Source: Azolla caroliniana (taxonomy: Eukaryota; Plantae; Polypodiophyta). Taken from it: DNA of 64,000 nt. Position 1 is the stretch's first letter; every line of letters starts with the position of its first letter. The stretch is taken from assembly GCA_043228905.1 (NCBI GenBank), contig JBHGNT010000013.1, forward strand, positions 15,252,001 through 15,316,000, given 5' to 3'. The position numbers and the translations under genes are program-made. Shown here piece after piece: positions 34,186 through 47,592 of the stretch. The notes under the pieces were generated by a model, which saw only the letters and a list, made by a program, of their open reading frames with translations, was not told where the DNA came from and did not search any database.

Positions 34186-35230
34186 GTCTCAAATAACAAT
34201 GGTGTCATGGCATGGCTTGCCTAGAAGCATAGCGTTGCATAGACAAAAGATATCGTGAAAGTGAGGAAGGAATCACTAGGATTATGGACCGAAGAGACGA
34301 AAGAGTAGAGATAGAGTAAATAGAGATCAACAAGATATGACAAGATAGGATATTGAATGATATTTGAAGGAATAAAAGAGATTTATAATTATTTGATGAA
34401 AGAGTTACAAAAGTGGTTGTAAGCACCGTTGATCCTTTGAACTTGGTCTCACAAGATAATCGCTCTTCTCTTTCTTGATAGTAGGCCACAACAATCTTCA
34501 CTTCAATATTTTGATGAAGATAAGGCTCGAACCGCCTCCCTCTTGTTGAGAGTTGACCACCCCGATCGCCAAGCTAGAACTCCACCTTTATGTTAAACTT
34601 CTTCCTTTCTTTCTCTATTTTATGGTATCTTTTATGTAATATATATTTGATTGATATCTCATACCTCTCCCCCTTTGATCTTCTCTTTCACCATTTAAAT
34701 AGGTGCCCCCATGCATATGATGCATTGGAGGGTACAAGTCATGCATGTAGTGCATGAAATGCATGTGATGCATGATAGGAATCTCGCTCATTTGAGCTTT
34801 CATGTATGAAAAAATATATGACATAAGAATAAACATGAAAATATAGTTTTAGAAACAAAGGACCTAGCCTAATGGTAGGTGTGGTGACTTTGGTATATGA
34901 GGTTGTGGGTTTGGTTGGGTCTCTCAAATATTATTGAATACAACATGTAACATCGTTTTTATATCATGAAGCAAATCCTTTATCTTATATATATTATTAG
35001 TATAGAGTAAATGGTAAGATTTGAAAGTCATAGGGTGGGGTTATTGGTTCAAGTCCTAAAGAGGAGAGGAATGAATGAAGGGCAGAAATGTAAATAGAAA
35101 ATAAACGAAGGGGCAGAAATGTAAATAGAAAATAAATGAAGGAGAGGAAGAGGAAGAGGAAGAAGGAGAAAAAGAAGAGGAAGGCAAAGGGAGGCGGCCG
35201 TTGAAATCGACGCAGCGCAGGCCTGCTCTG

Positions 35231-35253
35231 CCTCCTCCTCCTCCTCCTCCCAC

Positions 35254-35284
<31 letters not shown>
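35231..35284. repeat. (CCT)n and (GAT)10 microsatellites upstream of the PP1 start
   Basis: Seen directly. Confidence 0.9.
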
Positions 35285-35562
35285 TGCTCCATCTCCATCT
35301 CCATCGCCCTCTGATTAGAACAACGAGCAACGGCGAAGGAAAATCTTTCCTTTCCTTTCCCCCTCAATCACTCAAATCTGTCACCGAGAAACACACAGCG
35401 ACGGCGACAGTGGCAGGGACAGGATCAGGGAGAAAGCACAGATACAGGGATATAAAGAGAAAGGGCAATACGTATCTCTGGACGCAGTCTTTATTGTTGT
35501 TGTTGATCAGAAGAAAAGGCAAGAGAAGAGAAGAGAAAGAACAGATTGAAATTTAGGGTTTG

Positions 35563-38500
35563 ATGGACCCTGCCGCTCTTGACGATATCATCCACCGTCT
35601 CTTAGAAGTGCGAGAAACAAGGCCTGGGAAGCAGGTGCAGCTATCAGAATCGGAGATCAGGCAGCTTTGTGTTGCTGCCAAGACAATCTTCATGCAACAG
35701 CCTGGATTACTCGAACTGGAAGCACCAATTAAGATCTGCGGTAATGCCATATCCTACATTAGTTCTCCCTTCTGCCATTGTTGTGAAGGCATTATAGTTT
35801 ATATTTATTTTGTGACATCTTCGTAAGTTTCAGTTACGCTCATAAATAGTGTTAGGCCAAATATGGAAGCGTTTAGGTGAAGTTTTTTGTGAGTAATCAA
35901 AACTTGCAAATAGGTTACGACAGTTTTGAAAGGAAATTGAAACCATCAAGTTCACATCTGTATGCAAGTGAGAACATAGAGAATGATTTGATGCCTGGCA
36001 ATTTTGCTTCATCTCTGTTTGCAAGAGTGGATATAGATGTTGTGAACGTAGGGATGTGTTAGTTGTATAAAGTCTAGAAATGTGGATCAGTTTAGTACAC
36101 ACACGTTATTTGAAAATAAAATTTCTATATATGTATGTGTAATTTGAGGTGTTGATGCCGCATGGCGTGGAAAGTGCCTTCCAATGTTATATGCGAGAAA
36201 TAGACACTTTGATGATTTTAAGAGATGCAAAAAGTAAGTTTTGAAAGAAGAAAGAAGTTACATGCTTTACTGAGTAGAAGTAAGCTCGTTGTTTATTTCA
36301 GATGCACCGTAGTTTGAAACTGAAGTAATCTTTTTTCACGAGCTTTTGAAATTTTAAAAGTCTAATTAAGGTTATATAATATAAGTAGGATGATGTAGAA
36401 GCTCAATATTTGGAAGAGTGCTAATGGATTCAGAAAAATGGGTACCTGATAACCATAGAAATTGAGCTTGAAATCAACGGAATACCCAATGTCATACTGC
36501 CCACATTGCGCAATGTCAAGTACTTATCCGACCATTGTAAGAACAATGATTATCTCTCAGAATATTTTCTGATGAGATAGCTTGCACGCGTGGAGAAGTT
36601 TAAGTGCTTTTGTTTTATTGAGATAGCTTGAACTTGTGTAGAAATTTAGGCGTTGAAATCAAAGCAATACCCAATGTCATACTGCCCACATTGCGCAATG
36701 TCAAGTACTTATCCGAATGTTGTAAGAACAATGATTATCTCTCAGAATATTTTCTGATGAGATAGCTTGCATGTGTGGAGAAGTTTAAGTGTTTTTATTT
36801 TGTTAAGATAGATCACACTTGTGGGTAGGTTTATGTGTTTTTCTTTATTTTTGTTCTCAATATAGAGATAATTTGACTCATTTCTGTAATTTCCCCATCT
36901 ATGTGATTTATCAGTCTCTTGATGTCATCTTCACTCTTATGATGCCAAAATAAAGACAAAAAAGTAAGATTGTCTTGGTTCCTAGCACAGGAATGCTCTA
37001 AATGTTAAGATGTATTGGAAAGAAAATACAAATGACGCAAGCATAGACCTCAATTATGAAGACATGTTGAGCATATCTACAAAGATGTCTTGGGCTGGGA
37101 ACTAAGTAAGATGTAATAGCCCGGCCTTGTTATAGTATTTTTTTATATCTATCTCATCTTCTTGATGAATGTGTTTCACATATTATAGAAATCCCTACTG
37201 CTATCTAGGTTCACCCTATGCAGTGTGCTTGGTAGATAAATCGCTGCTGTTCCCTCACTTACTGGTGGATTAACAAAAGAGTAAAACTTCCTCAAAAGTG
37301 AATATAAAGTCCATTTGTGCGCAAAACTTCTTTATTGCTCAATTGATTTGAAACCATGACAAAACTGGCACATTATACAACTTTTTGAAGACACCTGACT
37401 AATGATCATTGAGCATATGCATGAGATTGATGACAAAATACATCATTTGGTCCCAAAGGTTGGTGGTCACAGAATATTTTAGCAAGTACAACACCAGTCA
37501 GGGGAAACAGGAATCTGCAAATATGTCACAGCTGACTTGCCTGTCTGCTGAAAACCCTAATATTACAAATCCCCCTCGCACAAGTAACAAAACCCCATTC
37601 ATATCCAATAATCATGGAATCACACTCTTCAATTCTAAACACATACAGTCACCATGGTCAAAGGGATAGTCACATTAATTCTAACGAGAATAAAAAATTC
37701 ATCATGTAACCGCAATAAATCTATGATGGAGAAACATAGGAAGAGTACAAATCTCCATGTTCTTGATTATGTTGTTCGTTCAATTTTGTAAGAGGAAATA
37801 ATAATTGGCATCCATAGTTTGCAAATATTTGAATCTTATTTCTCTTTTGTCACTTTAGCTACATTTTCACACTTATCTTCCTATCCATGGCTTCAAGTAT
37901 TTTGCAAAATCCAAAATTAAATTAAAAATTTCCAAGCTCAAGAATGTAGTTTCTTAAATTTTTTCCTAAAATCTGAATCGAAGATCTCTTTATGTATCTC
38001 AAATGTTTGGAGAATGTGAGTGGGGTTAGGAAATTCATTAAGCCCAATCTTTGGGTGGCAACAGTCATCTGTCATGCACAAAATAAGATATTAACTATAT
38101 CACAACTTTCACATTCAGGTAATATTTTTTGACAAACGCTTACATCTCATAAGTTTAGGTGACCTCTTTGTTTTTGAATTCTCATATGACTTAGTGTATG
38201 ATTTAATCAAATGTTGCAGGTGATGAGCATATGCTCATATGGATTGGTTGATTATTATGTTTCTAGTAAAATGGGTTTCTACTGGGAAATATAATGAATT
38301 TGTATCACTGTCTACATTTTTCAGCCTTAAATATGTAATGTATCTGCTGTTTTGTAGGTGATATTCATGGCCAATATTCAGATCTCTTAAGGCTTTTTGA
38401 ATATGGTGGGCTTCCACCACAGGCCAATTACCTCTTTTTAGGAGATTACGTAGATCGTGGAAAGCAAAGTTTGGAAACCATATGTCTTCTTCTTGCTTAT

Positions 38501-39220
38501 AAGATCAAATTTCCAGAGAATTTCTTTCTTCTAAGAGGCAATCATGAATGTGCTTCAATCAATCGCATATACGGGTTCTATGATGAATGCAAACGAAGGT
38601 TCAATGTCAGGTTGTGGAAGACTTTTACTGACTGCTTCAATTGTCTCCCTGTTGCTGCTTTGATTGATGAAAAAATTCTGTGTATGCATGGTGGGATTTC
38701 ACCAGATATGAGTAATTTTGAACAAATTAAAGCAATACCTCGCCCTACGGATGTACCGGATCAAGGATTGTTATGTGATCTTTTATGGGCAGATCCTGAT
38801 AAAGAGAGGTCAGGTTGGGGTGAGAATGATAGAGGTGTCTCTTTTACTTTTGGAGCTGACAAAGTTGCCGAGTTTCTTCAGAAGCATGATCTTGACCTTA
38901 TTTGTCGAGCACACCAGGTTTTACATTTAACTACACTCTCTCTGCTTCTTTTGTCTATATTAGAAAGATGGGCTTGAATGACCCTTTCTATTTGCCAGGT
39001 TGTAGAAGATGGGTATGAGTTCTTTGCTGATAGACAGCTTGTGACGATATTTTCTGCTCCGAATTACTGTGGAGAATTCGATAATGCTGGAGCAATGATG
39101 AGTGTTGATGAAACACTAATGTGTTCTTTTCAGATTCTCAAGCCTGCGGAGAAGAAACCAAAGTTTGCATACTCGTCTGTTGGCGCAGCAAAACCTGGAA
39201 CACCACCCCGTGGTTCAAAG
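35563..39220 (+). CDS. PP1: Serine/threonine protein phosphatase PP1 catalytic subunit (TOPP-type). Exons 35563-35740, 38358-38917, 38999-39220; last short exon not resolved
   Basis: [26 protein letters not shown]|DIHGQ, GDYVDRG, RGNHE, HGG, RAHQ|[19 protein letters not shown] introns keep the frame (320 codons to 39220). Confidence 0.96.
36469..36830. repeat. ~185-bp tandem duplication in PP1 intron 1
   Basis: TTGAAATCAA..AATACCCAATGTCATACTGCCCACATTGCGCAATGTC... occurs at ~36469 and ~36653. Confidence 0.9.
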
Positions 39221-42200
39221 GTATCAAGGATTTTATGACATTTTTCTTCTTCAACATAATCAATGACATTATAATCATGATGCACATTTTGGGTTCTGGT
39301 CTGCCTAACCAACCCAGCTTGTTTCACCACCTGGTATATGGATTGCCAGATAATTCTGACCTTGTTAACCCTGTGCTATCCTTACATGGCATTTGACATT
39401 GTCCATCTAAAACCCCTTCTGGTTTTCTTTTTGACGGCATTTTATTTGAAACTGAGAGAAGTGTAATATATAATTCCGTTCATTATTATTGTTACTCACT
39501 TCTACACTTTGGTCCCAGTTGGAGGTTGCGTACAATTTGGATTCTTTTATAGGCCCTTGACTTTCTTGGGGCTATTGTCACCATATGGCTTTACCTTTAA
39601 ATTTGTTTTATAAATGTGTATCTTCATGTGCTAGAGGCTATCAAATGTGTAGCCTTGCTATTCTTGGTGTTGAGCACCATCTGGTGTTCAGTTTAGGTGC
39701 ATTTTCATTAATGATGCAACAAACAGAAGTGTGAAAGTATGAACTGCATGTGAATGATACAATGGAAGGACGACTTCATGTAAACTTGTCTAGGAAAGCT
39801 AGGAGTATCCCATTGAAGAGGTGGAGTGTCACAGTATGCAGCGTCACCTCTTGTAATAATTCAAGTCCAGTAATATGCAGCATTGGTATGCACGTTACTG
39901 TCTCTTTTGTTTCTTGGCTTAGTCTTCAGAGGCATGCAACGAACGAATGGAAGGGAAAACTAGTAGTGGACAAGGTGCATGACTGGGATCTTTTGAGATG
40001 GTCAATATTGGGTATCATGAAGAAAATTATGAGCTTAAACTACAGTACATGATCATGCAACTTTTGTGTAAATTGATGCAAGAAGAATTGGGAATTCAGT
40101 AGGGGCCACGAGAATCAATGAATTCAACTTCTGAAATTCATGGAGAGATGTTACATTACCTCATTATATGATCTGGATGTAAATGGTATTATTTTATTCC
40201 ACATGCAGTCATAGGAAATTGTGTATAAAACCAGCAATTGCGTTATATTTTCACTAGAATGATTATATGTTATTAGAATCCTCTGCAATATTCCCATTCA
40301 GAGAACTTGTTTCTTGCACCGTGACTGTTTTAGGGTCCTTCAAAGCCACCTACATCTTAATATGTAGCCCTTTGCACGTGCTTTCTTAGACCAATCCCTT
40401 CCATCCCATATATATATTACATAGAATTTTGAAGTCTTAGATGTTCAATTGAAGTTATGGAGGTTGTGCATTATTGTTGTACCAATTGCTGTTTTATAGT
40501 TATGGCATTGGTTTTGGAGGACTTCAACTGTAGTGCATTAGCATTGAACAATAATTTACCTGTCTTATCATTGGATATATAATGCCACATAGTTGCAGTT
40601 GTTGGCCGCTTAGCATTAACTTGTGGAAAGAACAATGAAAATGGCCTAGAAGCTTGTAAATTCAAAATGAGAATAATAAATTGGATGTGTGAAAATAAAT
40701 GAATGATAACAACCTTATTTTGGTTTTTTTAGGGTGGATACCTTTAAAGATGAAGGCACTTGGTGGATAACTGGAAAAAAGTTCACATTAGCTTGTTGAT
40801 GAATAATGAATGAATAATTGAACATTTCTTAAATCTCATAAGACTCTTCGAAGAAGGTTCCTATATGTTTTACTTGAGAAACCAAACTCCATAATATGAA
40901 GCTCCAATGCCTTTGTATATCTATATATTTTCGAAGATGCTGAATCAGTACTATTTATGCTTTTACACATTGTAATACATACAATTTATGACTAACTTAC
41001 TATTAACATGTTGATGCCAAGTTTGGCATATGTTGAATGGATAACTCACAAATGTTTAGCATCACTTTATCGTTATCGAAGTTAGTGAAGTTTTAATCCT
41101 TTTTTCGCTTAATGAAGGAATCATAGGATGTAATTCAATATAGTGAAACATGTTAAGTATGAGGATTGTTAATGTATTTGTACTTTAGCATACACAAGTG
41201 CCATATTTCAAAGGATTTTAATAGGATATGAGGGAGGTTAATGATTCACCACCGTATTGTGAAGGTATTATCCTTAGATGATTCATCATACCAAGGTGGG
41301 TACTTTCTTACATGATTCACCATGATTTGCAATTTTAGATTATACAAAGAAGACTTTTGTTGCATATATTTGGATGAAGATGAAGTATTAGGGATGTATT
41401 GTTTTGGTGAGCAAGTGATGAGGCAATGTTTGGGTACATAGTTCGTCTTTCACAACCCATCCATGACCACTCGTGACCCTTTTCTTGATTCATGCAATGA
41501 TACATGAATAACCATGCTATAATATACCCTTGAAACACCTATCATACCATCAACATATATGCCCTTCATTCTATCCTCAACCATGCACTCTCCAAATCAT
41601 ACAATTTTTTGTAAATCAGTAAAAGTTATTGGTATTTGACAAATAACATAAGCCACCAACTATTTTGACAAGGGCATTTCTAGTCGATCTACGACTTTCT
41701 CTAGAGATAACTAAAACTTGTCGGTATTCCCAAAAATAAATATGCCTAAACTATATTCTAATATTCAAATGTTGGCAATTTAGAACGAAAAGTTCCATCA
41801 AATAATATGTTTAAATTCGTTATTATGAAGTTTGAGTGATAAGTATGAAATGTAAATTATGAGGAACTTTCCCTTGGTCATGGATGAGTTAGTGATAGGG
41901 TGAAACATAAAATTTAAAGACTAGTTGGTTCGGATTAGTAGCATGCTTTCATGGAGAAACACTAATCTTTAGGGTATAAGCTTTCCAAAAGAAAATCCCT
42001 ATGTGTTATTATCCTTGAGAAAATATGGAGAATAGTGAGTAAAATCAACTTGCAAATGACGAGCGCATATACTGATCTTGAAATGTTGGCAACAAAGGGG
42101 GTTTAAAGCATATCGGCAAATGTACATGATCACGCGATGAAGTGAACAAGTGGTTGTGTATTTATAGGATGGTTTACAAGTCAAAATATTGGAGAATGGG

Positions 42201-42412
42201 GGGAAGTTTTAGTGACAAATGCGGTGAGATGATCAAGGATCCATATATTTCGGATAAAGAGTATGTATGGATCCCTCCCATGTCAGTGTGCTCCATTATC
42301 TTCAAAGCTGACCGGCCCACTTTTCTCATCACACAACCAAAAGACTTGAGGTGGGGTTATGGACAAGAGACCTAGTGCTCCCCGGTTTCTCGAACAAATG
42401 GAAGAAGTGTAC

Positions 42413-42445
42413 GGGGGGGGGGGGGGGGGGGGGGGGGGAGGGGGG
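42413..42445 (+). repeat. Poly-G tract (G26-A-G6)
   Basis: Seen directly. Confidence 0.9.
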
Positions 42446-42885
42446 ATTATCAATAGAGGACTCGTGGTCGAGGCATTCGGGAGGGGGGGTTGCTTGTGTT
42501 CACACGGGTGTGGGGAGAGCGGACGGGTGGACACTTGTGGGGGATGGAGCGATTTGTATAATATAATGACTTTTGGACGGGATATGGGCGGCCGGCCGGC
42601 CGAACTACAAAAGAGGGTGCTTTTTGTTAGCTACTTACTAGACATTATTAGTAGTAGTTTGTTTTGGCCCCATTTCTTCTTTCTTTTGGGGGGCTGTTAA
42701 TTGGCCACGCAGCCATCCAATCCATCCATCCATCGGAAGGAAGGAAAGAAAGAACGAAAATCCGTACTACAGACAGAGAAATCAAGTGAAAACTGACCTC
42801 TCCCCCCCCCCCCCTAAATCAAGTGAAATCAAGGAAAGTTTGGTAGCTTTTGCTTCCATTCAGCGAGCGAGCGAGCGAGCGACGG

Positions 42886-45800
42886 ATGGCTATGGCCATG
42901 GTAGCTCCACCTGCTCTTCCTCGCCTTTCTTCCAGGGATTCCTTCCTTGATTCAACCTTCCCTTCTCATCCTCACCAGGTGAAATCCTGTTACTTCTGAG
43001 TGTGTGTGTGTGTGTGTGTGACCATTGATGTTTGAAAGTCATGTTTTCGGAATATGCATTTACAGTATTGTGTCAACATCGTTATTCTTTTCTTGGGGGG
43101 TAACACGAGCTGAAAGAGAAGGGGATATGATTCAGTATTAATGCCTGGATATGATGAAATGACCTGCGAGACTAATCTGAGAGTGAAATGTAGCATATGA
43201 CATCTTCAAAGCGGCAATGCAAACTATGTGAAAGTGAAACGAAATATGGTACTAGCATATTCAAATGATTGCATATGATACCCAAAGGTACACGCATCAC
43301 CTGATTCATAATACAAGTGTACTATATACGTAAAGAAAAAGACCACCTTAGAAAAGAGAGAGATGAATGAACTAAAGTTCTCCTGATCGAAAAAGGTGTG
43401 TGAGGCTGAAGCTAGAAGCTGAAACCGTTATTGGGTACGTGATACAAGTGCCAGATTTAAGCTAAAGTATTAGTTTTTTTTTACCTTATATAGACAGGCC
43501 TAGAGTCTGCATTTGATGGACACTTTCAAAGCTTATGGTATTGTGTTCAGAATGTTTATTTTGCACAACTGTTTTGCGCAGACAAACTGTCTATGAAAGA
43601 GATATGTGAAATCTTTGAGGGGTTGAGTAAAATTTGTGATCAAATGGAAGATTATCTTTATGCATAATTGAAATTTCCTATATGATGCTGAATTAGAAGA
43701 ACGGAGTGCTATTCATATAGAGTTCTTCATTTCTTCTATCAAAATTTCTCATTTACATCCTTTTATTAGGACATCTTTCAGGGATCAAGGTCTTTGAAAG
43801 GATTTTGTTTTCTTTAGGATGAGTAGAAAAGCAGCAAAGCGTCCTAAATAACAATATGGGATATATGCGATAGAAGTCAATTTCAAAATTCCGTCTCATG
43901 AAATCATGTGGTGTTTCTTCATCAGATAGAGCAGGGTAATACTCCATCAAATAGATTTCGATTGTGTGTTGTATTTCAAGCCAAACAAGCTGGCTATGAT
44001 AAGGTAATCTAATCCAATGTGTCTATCTTGCTCAGAATGGAATTCAGCTTTCGTTGTACTCACATTCAAGTTGTACCTTGTAGATGATAGTCTCTATCAC
44101 TGGAGCTACTGGGTTTATCGGAAAACGGTTAGTGGAGAGGCTTCTATCAGGTTTGACAATTCCCACTACAATGAGGATAATGTTGATTTGAAAATTACTA
44201 TTGGATTAATAGTTTCCTGAAAGAAATAACTTGATATATGTTAGTTGCGTTTTGTTTGTTTGTTTGCGCTAGTGCTAACTTCAATGTCTTTTTTGTGGAC
44301 TATAAATAATTCCCTTTCTTATCTCCAATTAGTGATGGCCAATATTTTATATATTTATTTGAGGTTATCGTCCATAGATGTCTAATTTAATTTCTGGCCA
44401 AAAGATCTTCCCAAATTATGAGGTGACTGACTCAACTTGTTTGGATAAAGAATGACCATGTTTATGTGCCAGAATATTTGGACCTATGGATAAGATGTTT
44501 ACACACTAAAAGATTTGTGTTCATGGATGAGATATTACGAGGTTGTGCAACCTCATTTCTCTGTCTTTCTCAGTTCTGTATGCAAATAAAACAGTTTAAT
44601 TCTGTATACTTGACACAGAAAGTCTAAGATGTCAGCAGGTCACTTTAACTAAACAATAAACATTAGCTAGATATAGGAAGGTTGCATCTCATATTAGCCT
44701 TTGAGATTTTAAAAAATGTGGAAACATTTTGCAGTTGGAAATTGCAACGAGTATCATTCCATTTTCTCTAATTTTCACATTTTTTCGTATGGTACACAGA
44801 TGGCCATAAAGTCCGGGTTTTGACAAGATCTGCGTCAAAGGCACAAGATATATTTCCTGGTAAGCAGGTAAAAAAGATATCAGTGGAAAACTAATGCTAT
44901 TTCGACAAAAAGGAAACACAATCTTCTGGATATTCTTTTGGGATGAAAATAAAACACAAATCTAAGCACAGAAATGCTTGCTTGCAGCTAAAACATATCC
45001 AGGAATAGAAATAGCTGAGGAGGCTGATTGGCCTCAATTAATTGAAGGCTCAACAGCAGTTGTGAATTTAGCTGGAACTCCCATCAGCACTCGGTGGTCA
45101 CCAGATGTATGGGAAGTTTCTGTTCTTCGGTTTGTTTAGTGTCCTGTTGTTCATTCACATCTTTACTTACACCTCTCACAAAAGTCCTCCCTCACCTTTT
45201 CAGGTTAAAACTGATATATTAAAAAGCAGAGTGCATGCCACAACAAAGGTAAAAACTCACAGTGTTTTCGCACATCAATAGGTGATAGATAGAATCAAAT
45301 TTAAGCATGTTATATATGGTTAATGTCTACCTTACACACTCTATGCGATAGAGCATACTTGTAGCTGAAAAATTTTAATATTTTTACTCTTGCTCATACA
45401 TTTATATCTCAATTTTCTTTGTGGAGTCTTGCTCAGTTGCTTTAATATTAATGCATTCTGCCATTACAAGGTAGTGGAGTCCATCAATTCTATACCAAAG
45501 CAGCTAAAGCCTTCTGTTCTAGTTAGTGCAACTGCTTTAGGATTCTATGGTATGAAGATATTGAGCACAGTGAATTTTTGCGGAAGTAAAGAATGTTCTG
45601 TAAGCATTCTGTTTGTCTTTACAGGAACAAGTGAGAGTCAAACTTTTGATGAATTAAGTCCTTCTGGAAGTGATTACCTCGCTAAGGTAACCTGCATTGT
45701 CCTAGTGTAAATATTTTTCTTTTTTGTGATTCTCTGAGGTCAAACAATCGCTTTAGGTCTGTGTAGATTGGGAATCGACAGCAAAGAAAGTTGATGATGA

Positions 45801-47592
45801 TGTGCGGTTGGTGCTAATTCGAATTGGAGTTGTTCTTGACCATGATGGCGGTGCTTTAGGTGAACAATTGAGCCTATTATGTTGTCAGTGGTGGTTTCAT
45901 TCAATCATCAGTCCATGCTGTCTGATATAGTTTCCAACCTACTTTATACTACAGTGAATGGTTCCTGATGTTCCTAGATTTTTTTCTAACACTGCTACTA
46001 AATTCTAATGATATGTGTGACAACTAGGCTATCCATTCACTAGTGGAAAGCCTGGTCTCACTGTGCAACTGAAGTAATTTCTTCCTTAGCCGATAGAAGT
46101 GGAATTCCAAGTGCCCAGGAACATATTCTGTGTATGGAAAACTAGAGGATCTTATCTAACATGAGTAAATACTATGTGTTTTGTGGAATGGTAAAAACAA
46201 AAAAAAAAGCTACAATGAATGTGTATAGTTGACATCTAAAATCTGTACATTGGTATTTTCTCATATCAAGTCCTTGATATTATTCTCCCTACTTGTTTTG
46301 GCAGCTCAAATGATTCCTTTGTTCAAATTATTTGCCGGTGGTCCAATCGGATCAGGAAAGCAATGGTACAATGATGCAAAAGTTAACATAAGATTCGTAT
46401 GTTTGAAATTGGTATGAGAAATGATAAACAATAATTTCCTTGTGAAGGTTTTCTTGGGTGCATCGTGATGACTTGGTGAATCTTATCATTGAATCTATAT
46501 CAAATAATGCTTACAAAGGTATGTTCTACGCTAATGTCTAATAATGCTGAGACATATACTATCTGCTTATATTCAAACTGTATCTGGAATTAACCTCCTC
46601 TCTCTATAATGCCATTTCTGTAGATTTTGCCAGTAGTTGACACAAAATAATCACAATATTTTCTTTAGAGAACCTATGGATAGGGGGGTTCCAAGCCATT
46701 TCCCTGTAACATGTTACATTTTCAAATACCACTAGATATGGATTCATATACTCCCAGTTATTTAGCTTGTCACATTTGTTCCAGAAATGGACATTCATCC
46801 CTTATTCTTGTAAAGATTATTAGTTTGCTTTAAATATTATTCTTTGTAGAAATATGAATCATATTTAATTTCTGATTAGATCTATAGTTGGATTAAACAA
46901 AACTGTGAGAAACTTCATATAAATGAAGAATATACTAATCCTTTTGGCTCATTAGATAGTAAGTGATTTTGAAATCTTGCCTCACTTGCTATGGCATCCA
47001 ATGTGACAAGGATACTAGGGTACTAATTCTCTGACAAGATGTCATTGGTAGGACGAAATAGTGCATATCATCTTCCCATTGGTTACGAGGCAGTTCAGGA
47101 TGTCTGGTGGATGAGACAAACAAATCTGAACCGAAACTTGAATGTGGTTATTTTGTGAGGAAGAAGAGATTCTGATGTTTTCCCCTTTCTGAGAAAACCT
47201 TAAACTTTTCTTGCAGTTTATTTGTTAACAATTATGCCATGTTTATTTATTAAAATGGTTGTGCAGGAATTATTAATGGAACTGCCCCAAACCCTGTACG
47301 ATTCTCTGAAATGTGTGACCGTCTAGGATCAGTACTCGGTCGACCTTCTTGGTTGCCAGTGCCTGACTTCGTATTGCAAGCTGTTTTAGGAGAGGGTGCT
47401 CTTGTGGTAAGCTTCTGCTGTGATTATTTGCAGGTAAATTATGAAGACTGATGCGTAATATTCATGTCACTGCCTTCATAGGTACTCAAGGGGCAGCGTG
47501 TAATTCCAAAGAAGGCTTTGGAATTAGGATTTAAGTTCAAGTATCACTATATCACTGATGCTTTGAAAGCAATAGTTTTAAACCTAGTGTGA
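42886..47592 (+). CDS. GC1: Chloroplast epimerase-family protein, SDR39U1/TIGR01777 homolog (GIANT CHLOROPLAST 1 / plastid SulA-like), ~13 exons
   Basis: Spliced peptides: transit-peptide-like [17 protein letters not shown] (42886-42978), [17 protein letters not shown] (44084-44150), [95 protein letters not shown]; stop at 47590-47592. The first two exons are less certain. Confidence 0.9.

Noticed and set aside
39221-40052. A specific last coding exon for PP1
   Set aside because: Several AG acceptors (e.g. 39552, 39922, 39929) are plausible and cannot be distinguished without transcripts.
40900-42300. Possible DNA-transposon remnant between PP1 and GC1
   Set aside because: Only short AT-rich ORFs; I could not recognise transposase motifs, TIRs or a TSD.
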